From positions 1 through 37,773 of IMG/VR virus record IMGVR_UViG_3300048074_000106: a DNA stretch of 37,773 nt; one strand, given 5' to 3'. The position numbers and the translations under genes were made by a program. The notes under the pieces were generated by a model, which saw only the letters and a list, made by a program, of their open reading frames with translations, was not told the DNA's origin and ran no database searches. Positions 1-8,447 of this stretch are shown here, one piece after another. Positions within the stretch are counted from its first letter, which is position 1; every line of letters begins with the position of its first letter. This DNA is from a virus (Duplodnaviria; Caudoviricetes).

Positions 1-127
1 CGAACTCATCGAAGAGCCCGATGCCCACCTTCCTCGTCTTGTTCCCCTTGCGCCGCTCCTGGGTAAGACGCGTGCCAGCGTGGAACGCCTTGAGGCCCAT
101 GCCGGCGAAGGTGTACTCGCGAGAGAC
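1..127. repeat. Terminal direct repeat, left copy (circular assembly overlap)
   Basis: Bases 1-127 are identical to 37647-37773, and an ORF reads in frame across the join. 127 is a common assembler k-mer length. Confidence 0.97.
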
Positions 128-535
128 AGGTTCGGCCTTGGAGGGTCGAGCCCTGCCCGTAAGCGGGATCGCGACTGACTGCGCGCCCTGCCTGGGTTCC
201 TTGGTGCCACCGCGTTCGAAGATGGAAAGGAGTAGACGCCTCTGGCTCTTCTGGTCCGCTGCCTGAGCTACAAAGACTTCCGAGAACGGGCGCTGTTGCT
301 TGACAGAGGCGAACGGCTTGATCCTGGCCGCTACCCCGCCTGGGCGCTCGGGGGTGCCAAAGAAGAAGCGCGGGTTCCGAATAATGAACCGATCTCGCAT
401 GCTCGCGAACTCGGCCTGCTGAATGCGCTTGGCCGTGTTGTTGACCGCGTTGACGGTCGCATAGGCCAGGCGCTTCTCACCATTGCGCATGCGCAGGAGC
501 AGCTGGGTGTTGTCGATCGCGACATCGATCCTCAT
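1..535 (-). CDS. gpZ-like tail completion/neck protein, 5' part; continues across the join to 37363 (272 aa total)
   Basis: ATG at 535 overlaps the stop of the upstream HTH gene (ATGA). It reads MRIDVAIDNTQLLLRMRNGEKRLAYATVNAVNNTAKRIQQAEF...EYTFAG, then in frame into MGLKAFHAG of the 37363..37746 ORF. It is basic, with an 'A..AVN.TA' helix as in gpZ-like proteins. Confidence 0.7.
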   Translation of the reverse strand, partial: MRIDVAIDNTQLLLRMRNGEKRLAYATVNAVNNTAKRIQQAEFASMRDRFIIRNPRFFFGTPERPGGVAARIKPFASVKQQRPFSEVFVAQAADQKSQRRLLLSIFERGGTKEPRQGAQSVAIPLTGRARPSKAEPVSREYTFAGMGLKAFHAGTRLTQERRKGNKTRKVGIGLFDEF

Positions 536-804
536 GGGCGCCTCCCCTTGCGGGTAGCAATGGCCTGCATCTCGTCGCGGTGGGAGTAGATGGCATTCAT
601 GCTGAGCCGCCCTGAGGAGGCGGTGACGAGAGCCCGGGCGCGGTCCGGCCGTGGGGTTGTGCCGGCGAGCCAAGAGTAGACGGCTCCCGGCGTGACGGCC
701 GTGTTGGGGTCACGGCCGAGCTCCTCGACAATAGAGGCTACTGTCATCCGGCTCACCCAGCGTCCGAACCGGGTGCGCCACCGAAGTTGTTCCCGTCGAT
801 ACAC
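532..804 (-). CDS. Cro-like helix-turn-helix protein, 90 aa; candidate late regulator
   Basis: GTG at 804 follows an AGGAGG SD. VASIVEELG...VTPGAVYSWLAGTTPRPDRARAL is a Cro/XRE-type HTH pattern. Confidence 0.7.
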   Translation of the reverse strand: MYRREQLRWRTRFGRWVSRMTVASIVEELGRDPNTAVTPGAVYSWLAGTTPRPDRARALVTASSGRLSMNAIYSHRDEMQAIATRKGRRP

Positions 805-880
805 GCAAGCTGCCCTCCTGGACCTCGCATGATCGATGGGGGAAGTCTCAGCAGGCGCTCGATTCCCTGACGCCCACGCC
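805..880 (-). promoter_or_regulatory. Structured 5' leader with an SD-sequestering hairpin; target of the putative trans-acting RNA
   Basis: By hand, GC(G)CCU-G-CUG-A-GACUUC pairs with GAGGUC-CAG-G-AGGGC and buries AGGAGG. The minus-strand RNA over 835-863 is complementary to the minus-strand RNA over 30520-30539 and 30468-30477. Confidence 0.6.
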
Positions 881-884
881 ACGC

Positions 885-914
885 ATGGTACTCACAACTT
901 CAACACGTCGGCAA
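885..914 (-). promoter_or_regulatory. Sigma70-like promoter for the HTH-gpZ-terS-terL operon
   Basis: Minus strand reads TTGCCG-N18-TACCAT just after the tail gene stop at 919. Confidence 0.6.
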
Positions 915-918
915 GGGG

Positions 919-3357
919 TCAGACGCGGTCGGCTTCCCAGTCGTACTCAACGAGCGATGTGCGCCCGCCGCTGGCAACGGTCTGGATGGTGACTCTCAGG
1001 TGTGTGCTGAGTCGGCCGAGGCCGTTGTCGATCAGCTCCTGGACTTCGGTGTAGGCGAACGACGTTCCGGTGAGACCGGTCTCCGTGTGGATGAGGGTGC
1101 CCGTCTCGCCGTAGATCTTGAGGGTGTAGGTGGAGCCAGCCTCCATGTCCGAGGTGACGCCGGCGCTTGCGTAGCTCCAAGAGCCCAGTCGATTGCGGTG
1201 CGACCATGAGAGGGTGAGTGCGCCGGTAAACGTCGGAGGGAACACGTAGCTGTTCCACTTCACCGCGGTCGGCGCGTAGGGTCGCAGGGCGCGATTCGGG
1301 CTGGTGGACGTAACATCCACCTCAGGAGCGGACGCGAGCGCGATCTCATCCCGCTGGTTGTAGGCCTGGAACTTCACCCCGGTGACGCCAGCATTGAGAT
1401 TCACCAGGGAGCTGCCGTAGCTCAAGAACCAGACGCGCGCCCCGGCGGCGTGCTGGACCGCCTTGGTGTCGATGCAGCCGCGGATGCAGTCCATGAGCCT
1501 GATGCTGCCGGAGTTGCGGACCAGATCGCGGAAGGCGATGAACTCCTCGCCGTTTGGACCCGAGAGCCACAGGAGATTGCGGCCAGCTCCACAGTCGGCG
1601 TCGGTGCACGCCTGTATTACGTCGGTGTCCGGCCCGTCGAGGATCTCGATCTCGTCGTCAGTCTCAATGATCGAAGCTGAAAGAAGGCCAGAGGGCGTGA
1701 AGACCGGCTGGTCGTCGGACTCGCCGTAGGTGTGATCGAGCATCTCGACATAGGTTCGGAAGCCCATGGTGACGCCCCCACCATGCGCGGCCGCTACGAT
1801 GGCCCGCGGTGTCACGTCGGGGCCCGGTGACAGGCTCTGCACGTACGGCCAGGGCGCGCTGATGGCGATCTGGCCGACCAGCGCCGCGACGTCGCCGATG
1901 GGATCCTCCCATGCGCTGAGCGGCGGCGGACTGTAGGCCGTCCAGCCCACCCCGAAGATGTCTTGGGCGGCCTCGATGGCGATCTTCCCGGACTCCAGTC
2001 GGCCGGTTCCGATGCGCGCGACCCGGCAGATGAGGCCGCTGATGCCGAGCGGGGTCCAGTTCAGCTTGAATACCGTGCCCGGCCGGAAGGCCCATGCCAC
2101 GCGGTCGGCCTCGCCGGTGAGGACTCCCAGCGGATAAGCGAGCGAAGCAAAGGCACGCGCGACAGCAGCCTGGGCACTGGCAGCGTTGGAGAATCCTCGA
2201 TAGTTCAACTGTGCGATGGAGACTTCCCCGCCCTGTATGGCGATGGAGGCCAGGTCTTGGGCTTGAACCAAGCGTTCCTGGAAGTTCTCCGCGCGATCGA
2301 TGTAGGCGACGCGGACGGTGTTCCGGGTCTCACTCCATGCTGGCCGGGAGAACGACGTGAGGTTGAAGTTGGTCTCGTCGAGCACGGGCAACGTGGCAGG
2401 GTCGTAGTCGAGCCGGACCAGCTTGATCGTCAGGAGGCCCGTGAGCGGCTCGATGTAGGGTACGGCGTCCACGTGGCGCATGATCTCGATTAGGAGGTCC
2501 TGGGCGCTCGTGGCTTGATCCTGGAGCATGCTCAGGCCCATGCCCTCGGTTGCCAGCGTCTGACTTACAGCTATGAGGGCGGGCAGGTCGATTAGGCCGG
2601 CACTGATCCCGAGCCCATTGTTCGAGGGCGCGCTGGTGATCAGGTCATAGATCATGTTCGCGGGGTTGGCGTCCCCGCTGATGTTCTCGTCTCCGCCGGT
2701 GAGAGCGAGGCCATTCGGGGTGCGGCGCAGAACGAAGCTGATCGAGGGGATGGGCAGCGACTGCCCAAACTCGAATCCACCCGACATCGTGCCCTTGAAG
2801 ACGGCGTAGCAGACTCCACGATATGCGGGCACGGCTTCACCAACGACCGACTCGACGTAGGGCGATGGATCCTGGGTGGAGTTGCCCTTGAACACGGTCA
2901 CCGTGCCCTGGATGCCGCCACCCTTCTTCTTTCCTCCGTAGAAGTCCGGAAGGTAGAAGACGAAGTTGATGGCGTTGGCCGTGACGGTCTTCAGTGATGG
3001 GATGGCCTCGACGTCGTTGAACCGGATCGCAACAACGTCGTCGATGGTTCCGGAGCACAGCACCATCTCGAGCCCGAGCGTGTACCTGTAGGCCACAGTG
3101 GTGGTGTCGGATCCAACGCCGGCCTCTCTGGCGCTCACCGCTCTGATGCCGAGGTCGCCGTACCAGGTGACGATGCCTCCCTTCTGCTCGAAGGTTCCAC
3201 ACCCCCATGGAAGAGGGCGGCCCGCGCCGACCGAGGGAAAGTCGAGATCGCTCACGCCACCAGGGTCGAGCGATTGGCCCTTCGCCTTCGGGGCAAGCAG
3301 GTTGTATGCGATCTGGGCCGCGATCCACACGCCGACCTTAAGTATGAAGCCCCACAT
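919..3357 (-). CDS. Tail tip/baseplate hub protein (Phage-tail_3-like), 812 aa
   Basis: Motifs FPSVGAGRPLPWGCGT, WYGD, PAYRGVCY, DANPANMIYDL and LTLSWSHRNR are typical of D3112/YuA-type tail tip proteins. It is the last gene of the tail operon. Confidence 0.85.
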   Translation of the reverse strand: MWGFILKVGVWIAAQIAYNLLAPKAKGQSLDPGGVSDLDFPSVGAGRPLPWGCGTFEQKGGIVTWYGDLGIRAVSAREAGVGSDTTTVAYRYTLGLEMVLCSGTIDDVVAIRFNDVEAIPSLKTVTANAINFVFYLPDFYGGKKKGGGIQGTVTVFKGNSTQDPSPYVESVVGEAVPAYRGVCYAVFKGTMSGGFEFGQSLPIPSISFVLRRTPNGLALTGGDENISGDANPANMIYDLITSAPSNNGLGISAGLIDLPALIAVSQTLATEGMGLSMLQDQATSAQDLLIEIMRHVDAVPYIEPLTGLLTIKLVRLDYDPATLPVLDETNFNLTSFSRPAWSETRNTVRVAYIDRAENFQERLVQAQDLASIAIQGGEVSIAQLNYRGFSNAASAQAAVARAFASLAYPLGVLTGEADRVAWAFRPGTVFKLNWTPLGISGLICRVARIGTGRLESGKIAIEAAQDIFGVGWTAYSPPPLSAWEDPIGDVAALVGQIAISAPWPYVQSLSPGPDVTPRAIVAAAHGGGVTMGFRTYVEMLDHTYGESDDQPVFTPSGLLSASIIETDDEIEILDGPDTDVIQACTDADCGAGRNLLWLSGPNGEEFIAFRDLVRNSGSIRLMDCIRGCIDTKAVQHAAGARVWFLSYGSSLVNLNAGVTGVKFQAYNQRDEIALASAPEVDVTSTSPNRALRPYAPTAVKWNSYVFPPTFTGALTLSWSHRNRLGSWSYASAGVTSDMEAGSTYTLKIYGETGTLIHTETGLTGTSFAYTEVQELIDNGLGRLSTHLRVTIQTVASGGRTSLVEYDWEADRV

Positions 3358-4157
3358 CAGTCGATTCTCTTCACGAAGGGGTTTACGCCTGGAAGGCGCG
3401 ACCAGCCAAGGAAGTTGTCGAGGTTGGCGAACTTGAAGCTGCAGCTCTCTTCAAGGTGATCGCAACCCCAGTAGGCCCAGCACTGATCGAGGGACGCGAG
3501 GCCCGGCATCGGAGACATAAGCGTGACGGTGTTCCCGACGTGGCTGACGATCATGCGCGTCTCTCCGGCCGGAGATACTAGGCGCCCGGCGTCGAACCAG
3601 CCGTCAGCCCGCACTGCGAAGTCGTTGGAGACGACCGTCGCCCCGGTCACGGTCGTGATCAGGACGGAATCGCGACTCGTGGACGGGCTCACCCCGCAGC
3701 CGGTGGAATACAGGACATGGTTGCAGGGGCCCTGGACCATGATCGTGGGCACCTGGCGCTCTAGCTTCTTCAGCAAGCCAGTGCAGATCAGGGTCGCTTC
3801 GGACCCCTCGAATCGCGCCCTGGAGACTTCACCGGTGAAGATGAAGTTCGCATCCGTCAGCAGTTCTCTGTGGGCCCTGATAATCTGCACAACGACCTGG
3901 TTGGACGGGAGCTCACCGATGAAGAGGGCGGCGACGGGATTGATGCGTGGGACCCTGACCTCGATGGTCGCCGCAACGTCCTCCTGCGAGAAGTCCTGCT
4001 CGGTGCGGCTGATCGTCTCAGGCTCGAAGGTGCCCATCGGGATGACGACTTGGCGGTCGGCCGAGGTGTAGTACCAGGAGAGACCGCCAGAGACGAACCG
4101 GAAGCACTCGACCGGCTTGCCCTGGTATCTGCTTTCCTCGAGGTCCGCAAAGGTCAC
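3357..4157 (-). CDS. Phage BR0599/DUF2163-family tail assembly protein
   Basis: EESRYQGKPVECFRF, CNHVLYSTGCGV and GCDHLEESCSFKFANLDNFLGW..LPGVNPF show the conserved four-Cys pattern. Confidence 0.88.
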   Translation of the reverse strand: MTFADLEESRYQGKPVECFRFVSGGLSWYYTSADRQVVIPMGTFEPETISRTEQDFSQEDVAATIEVRVPRINPVAALFIGELPSNQVVVQIIRAHRELLTDANFIFTGEVSRARFEGSEATLICTGLLKKLERQVPTIMVQGPCNHVLYSTGCGVSPSTSRDSVLITTVTGATVVSNDFAVRADGWFDAGRLVSPAGETRMIVSHVGNTVTLMSPMPGLASLDQCWAYWGCDHLEESCSFKFANLDNFLGWSRLPGVNPFVKRID

Positions 4158-4774
4158 AGCGGCGCCTCCATCGGCAGCTCCCGCACCTGGATTGTCGCTT
4201 GCGCGATCCCATTGGCCGGGTAGGATGCCTCCACGTGGTCGCTATCAAGCCGGCAGAGCTTGAGGAAGCTGATGACGGTCTGGTCCTGGTCGTAGGCCCG
4301 CACGGCGCCCGGCGCGAGCGTGAGCGTCTCCGTGGCGAAGTTGCCGGGATCAGTCGCGTCCGCGATGCGATAGCAATCCAAGGTGCCGATGCCGAGGTTC
4401 CAGAGGGCGACATGCCGGCGGGCGCCCGTGGTGCCGAACATGAGCCCCCGGTACCGAACCCAGTTGATCGTTACGACCGTCTCGAGTATCTCCAGGTCCT
4501 CGGCCAACGAGAGGTCCCACTGGTAGCTTGGCAGCCAGAATGGAACCGCGCGGCCGACGCGCGCATCGAGGAAGTCGCGCATCGCTGCGATCTCTTCACG
4601 ACCGAAGGCGGTCCATGTGAACGGGCGCGCCGGAGCGGGAGCCGGCGAGTGCTGGTCGGGCGTGCGCTTTCCAAGCCCCGAGTCTAGAAGCACGAACTTT
4701 CGGTGGGAGGTCTCCTTGATGGGCCCAAGCCGGTTGTAGTTCAGGGCGAGCACGTCGTAACCGAGGTAGGTCAT
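4154..4774 (-). CDS. Distal tail-like virion structural protein, 206 aa
   Basis: ATG at 4774 overlaps the upstream stop (ATGA). Motifs FLDARVGRAVPFWLPS and ISFLKLCRLDSDHVE. Confidence 0.75.
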   Translation of the reverse strand: MTYLGYDVLALNYNRLGPIKETSHRKFVLLDSGLGKRTPDQHSPAPAPARPFTWTAFGREEIAAMRDFLDARVGRAVPFWLPSYQWDLSLAEDLEILETVVTINWVRYRGLMFGTTGARRHVALWNLGIGTLDCYRIADATDPGNFATETLTLAPGAVRAYDQDQTVISFLKLCRLDSDHVEASYPANGIAQATIQVRELPMEAPL

Positions 4775-5850
4775 GGCCTGAATCCATCCACGCTGAAGGT
4801 GAGGGCTTGGCTGGCGATGACGAGGCTCTCCCACGTGAGATCCTCGTCGGCGGATAGGCGCCCAATGACCAACGGCAGCACGGTCGTCGCCGGAGCGACC
4901 CAGGTGTTACGCAGCCCGAGGCTGAGGACGATGCGATCGGCCTGCACCTCAGCGATGCGCTGGGCCTCCCAGTGGTAGGGATCCGTCCAGAGCAGGACGA
5001 GGCCGTCTACCTCGAAGGGGAGGTTGGTGGTGTCGCAGAACACCTCGACCGCGTCAGCGAGAGCGTTTGCAACGAGCGGGGTCTGGAACTGCCACCGGCC
5101 GACGCCGAAGGCACGCGCCTGATTGCCGTGAAGGATTGCGTTGGCCATCTGAGCATCGCGCAGCTCGTTCAGGAGCACGGAGTAGGTGATGGACCCCACC
5201 GGTACGGCGCGCAGCTGGATGCGCTGCTCGTCGCCCCTAAACGCCTCGATGATGTCCGTCAGGTAGCCGAACCGCTCGACGACCGGGTCGGCCATGTTGG
5301 GAGGGAACGGGAATGGGATCAGTCGAAACCCGAGCAGGTGGAGGTTCGTGCCAGCCTCATCCACGCCGACGAAGACCCACGTGACCAGGTTGTCGATGAG
5401 CGGGTCACCTTCGGCGGAGACCTCGACCACGTAGACCTGGGAGTCGGAGGCGGGGAACCAGACCGGCTGCCCCAGGGTGTCGATCACAGAGACCCCGGGC
5501 GGGCCCTCCACAGTGATCTCCTGGAGCTGCTTCGCGCGCGACATGAAGGCGTTCCAGACCTCGACCTCGAGGGTCTGCTCAGAGACCACCGCGCCGAGGT
5601 CACTCCGGCGAGGGATGATGTGGATGCGGTCCAGGATCGCGAGGTCTGCCGCATGACTCCAGACGGCATTGAAATCGTAGGCGTCCGGACGCGGGTCGGC
5701 GAGGGCTGCTGAGAGCGCCGTAGAGGCATCCGGCGAGATCGCGAAGCTTTCGGCTGATGGCAGTGGCAGGACGGCGTTCGCGAGGTTGTCAGAAGCGTCC
5801 GGCCCGGTTGGGAGGGCAAGTGGCCCCGGAGCCAGGATTGCGATCGACAC
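4771..5850 (-). CDS. Virion structural (tail tip) protein, 359 aa
   Basis: DRIHIIP..DLGAVVSEQT..VEVWNAF and ERFGYLTDII...GDEQRIQLRAVP resemble D3112-type tail proteins. Confidence 0.78.
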   Translation of the reverse strand: MSIAILAPGPLALPTGPDASDNLANAVLPLPSAESFAISPDASTALSAALADPRPDAYDFNAVWSHAADLAILDRIHIIPRRSDLGAVVSEQTLEVEVWNAFMSRAKQLQEITVEGPPGVSVIDTLGQPVWFPASDSQVYVVEVSAEGDPLIDNLVTWVFVGVDEAGTNLHLLGFRLIPFPFPPNMADPVVERFGYLTDIIEAFRGDEQRIQLRAVPVGSITYSVLLNELRDAQMANAILHGNQARAFGVGRWQFQTPLVANALADAVEVFCDTTNLPFEVDGLVLLWTDPYHWEAQRIAEVQADRIVLSLGLRNTWVAPATTVLPLVIGRLSADEDLTWESLVIASQALTFSVDGFRP

Positions 5851-6849
5851 CTAAGCCGCCTTCCGCACCGCGAAGTAGGGAAACAGCATGTAGTCGAGCC
5901 CGCCGATCTGCTTGATCTCGCCGGCCGCGTACCCGCTCCCCACGGCCTCGCACCAGAATACGTTCGGCGGGTAACCGAGAGGGGCGTATCGGGCTCCAGG
6001 GTCGGTGAGTATGAAGGCGTGGAGCGGAAGAAGTAGGGCGTCAGCGAAGGCGGCTTGATTGGTACGACCGATCAGATAGTTGTAGTTCGGGTGGCCCTTG
6101 TCTACTGCCGCCATGCCAGCATAATTGAGCGGGTTCACCATGAACCGCCCGGTGTAGCCGAATGTCGAGGTGGATTCGTTGCCGTTTCCTACCCATCGCC
6201 CTGAGAACGTCGCGGCGTCCACCCGCACGAAGCCGGTGGCATTGACGTAGTAGTTTACGACGGTCCCATTCGTGAACGGCGCGTAGGAGGTCAAGTTGAT
6301 CCCGCGAGACGCGGTGGGATTGGGGTCTGTGTTCTGGTAGGCGGATGAGCTTGCAAAGAAGTACGGGAAATCTTCGGGCACCCCCATGTCCACGAGCCGA
6401 AGCCCCCACCCCATGTGGACGAAGATGCCGGGGGACCGCTCGACGACGATGATGATGTTGTCGAGGCCGTCGTCGAAGAAGTGATAGGCGGCGACGGATC
6501 CGCTGGGCAGGTTCATGCCGCAACCGGACGTGGATGTGTCGACGCGCGTCGGCCGGCCATCCTGAGTGTGCCAACCGCCGGCTCCGGCGAACCCGGTTCC
6601 TAGATACAACCCGATGCCATAGCCGGCCGCTTTGTCCCAGTAGCCAGACGTGGCTTTCGGCCAGAGGCTTTCGTTCATTGCGGCCCTGAAATTCACATAG
6701 ACGGCGCCCTTGTGGAGATGGGCCCTCCACCCGCTGCCCTCTGCTCCGCTGGCATCTTCGGTCCACCCCTGGGCCACTAGCCACGTCACGATGGCCTGGA
6801 GCAGGTTCGTAGGCGAGGAGCTGATGCCGGTCTGGTAGCTCGCGGGCAT
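5851..6849 (-). CDS. Virion structural (tail) protein, 332 aa
   Basis: YQTG.SSSPTNLLQAIVTWLVAQGWT and AYHFF...IIIVVERSPGIFVHMGWG; position in the tail-tip cluster. Confidence 0.75.
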   Translation of the reverse strand: MPASYQTGISSSPTNLLQAIVTWLVAQGWTEDASGAEGSGWRAHLHKGAVYVNFRAAMNESLWPKATSGYWDKAAGYGIGLYLGTGFAGAGGWHTQDGRPTRVDTSTSGCGMNLPSGSVAAYHFFDDGLDNIIIVVERSPGIFVHMGWGLRLVDMGVPEDFPYFFASSSAYQNTDPNPTASRGINLTSYAPFTNGTVVNYYVNATGFVRVDAATFSGRWVGNGNESTSTFGYTGRFMVNPLNYAGMAAVDKGHPNYNYLIGRTNQAAFADALLLPLHAFILTDPGARYAPLGYPPNVFWCEAVGSGYAAGEIKQIGGLDYMLFPYFAVRKAA

Positions 6850-6852
6850 GGT

Positions 6853-8445
6853 TCAGTCCAGGGCGACGGCTAGGAAGTCGTCGCGGTCGGTTCGGGTGAT
6901 GTTATGGAGCGCCATCCAATCGATAGCCCCCTTGCGCATGAGCGTCTCCGCAGTGAGCCCCTGACCGGACACGGCGGCAATCCCCCGGAGTTGGCCAATC
7001 GTGTTTGGAGCCGAGGCGTTCAACATGACAGGCCAGAGCGCGTAGGAACCGTCTAGGTTGACGTCGAGGAGGTTCATCCCGCAGACGTAGGGCCAAATCA
7101 GATTTGAATAGGCACCCGGTGCATTGATAGCGTCATTGCTTGTGGCCCGGAAGGGGATCCACGTTCCATCGAGGTTGCGTGCACGGAGTTGAGAGTCCTC
7201 CGGTTTGAGGTTCGGCGGTGTGTTGGACATAGTATCCGCATGGGTCGGCATCCGATGCTTGTCGCTTGTTTCGCTCCACCGATATAGCGTGCTCGACAAC
7301 GCGATGGGGGTCTCACCAAGGGCGAGCGTCCCACCCACCGCGAGCGGATAGGGCCATTGTTCGGGTGAGAAGTAGGGGTCCAGGAGGCCCAGGTAGGCCA
7401 TCTCGTATTGGGTGTTGATCTTGGCAATCACGATCACTCGCCGGCCGTCCGCGATGAACCAGTAGGGAATCGTAGCGTTCCATAGTGGAAGAAATAGTTG
7501 TCCTTGTGCCCCCGGCTGAAGCCTCAGATGGGAAGCAGCGACAAACCCGTCAAACCCGAACAGCTCCAAGTCGAAGTAGTCTGCGTCCGCTCGCTCGAAG
7601 GGGTGTGCCCCCACGAAGATTTCGCTGTCCCCGTCGTTACCCGGGGCCTTCCAGAGCATCTGCCCAGTGGCAACGTCCACGCCGTCGGCACGGCGCAGCC
7701 GGATGACTGAGAGGGACACGTCCGTGCCCTGCAGTGACGTAATGTGGAGTCGATAGCGCGTGGCCGCGACAGGCGACGCGATGGCGAATGAACTAACCAC
7801 GCCGGTGACCCCGGCGAAGTTGGTTCGGGTGTCGAGGGTGACCCACGCGGAACCGTTCCAATAGTCAAAGGTGAAGTTCTTCGGACTTAGCCAGTTGACA
7901 AACTCAGCAAGCTCATAAGCGACAATCGTTTCCTCTTGGTACAGAGTGATTTCGACGTCCTGAGGAAGAGTCGCGGTGGTGAACAGGCGCCAGTAGTCGG
8001 TCTCGACTCCATCGAGCTTGCCGTCGACAAGATTCTGAGCCGCGTAGGTGCCGGTGTTCTGCTGGGTCGCCAGCACCTTCGACCCCAGGGATCGCCGGAG
8101 CGTCGTCCACTTCGGAGCGGTCGAGAGCGTGAAGGCGTCCCCGGAGACGAATGCGGTCCCGCCGGCGGTCAACGTAAAGGCGAGCTTCGCGTGCGAGAAC
8201 GGCGTCCCGACCGTCGCCGGACCGATGCTCCCCGACACTGAACCGACGACGGTGAAGTTGGTGGCGGACGTCGCGGTGATCGTGAACGTCTCAGCGATCG
8301 AGTCCGCGCCGCCCTTGTAGGCGGTGAGGGTGCCGTCGCCGGTCCCTGCGTAGGCGAGGCCGTAGGCGCTGCCCGTGGCCGTCAGGAAGGTATCCAGGCG
8401 GTCCAGTAGGTCGACGAAGTTGGTGGCGGTACCGATCTCGAACAT
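6853..8445 (-). CDS. Virion structural tail protein with an inserted discoidin/F5-8-like domain, 530 aa
   Basis: FEIGTATNFVDLLDRLDTFLT N-terminus and IPYWFIADGRRVIVIAKI core. The insert reads YAAQNLVDG...W...PKNFTFDYWNGSAWVTLD...ATRYRLHIT. It lies directly after the tape measure. Confidence 0.78.
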   Translation of the reverse strand: MFEIGTATNFVDLLDRLDTFLTATGSAYGLAYAGTGDGTLTAYKGGADSIAETFTITATSATNFTVVGSVSGSIGPATVGTPFSHAKLAFTLTAGGTAFVSGDAFTLSTAPKWTTLRRSLGSKVLATQQNTGTYAAQNLVDGKLDGVETDYWRLFTTATLPQDVEITLYQEETIVAYELAEFVNWLSPKNFTFDYWNGSAWVTLDTRTNFAGVTGVVSSFAIASPVAATRYRLHITSLQGTDVSLSVIRLRRADGVDVATGQMLWKAPGNDGDSEIFVGAHPFERADADYFDLELFGFDGFVAASHLRLQPGAQGQLFLPLWNATIPYWFIADGRRVIVIAKINTQYEMAYLGLLDPYFSPEQWPYPLAVGGTLALGETPIALSSTLYRWSETSDKHRMPTHADTMSNTPPNLKPEDSQLRARNLDGTWIPFRATSNDAINAPGAYSNLIWPYVCGMNLLDVNLDGSYALWPVMLNASAPNTIGQLRGIAAVSGQGLTAETLMRKGAIDWMALHNITRTDRDDFLAVALD

Positions 8446-8447
8446 GG

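Noticed and set aside
1-127. 127-bp terminal repeat as a biological direct terminal repeat
   Set aside because: It falls in mid-gene, equals a common assembler k-mer length, and a cos-like site exists elsewhere. It is an assembly overlap.
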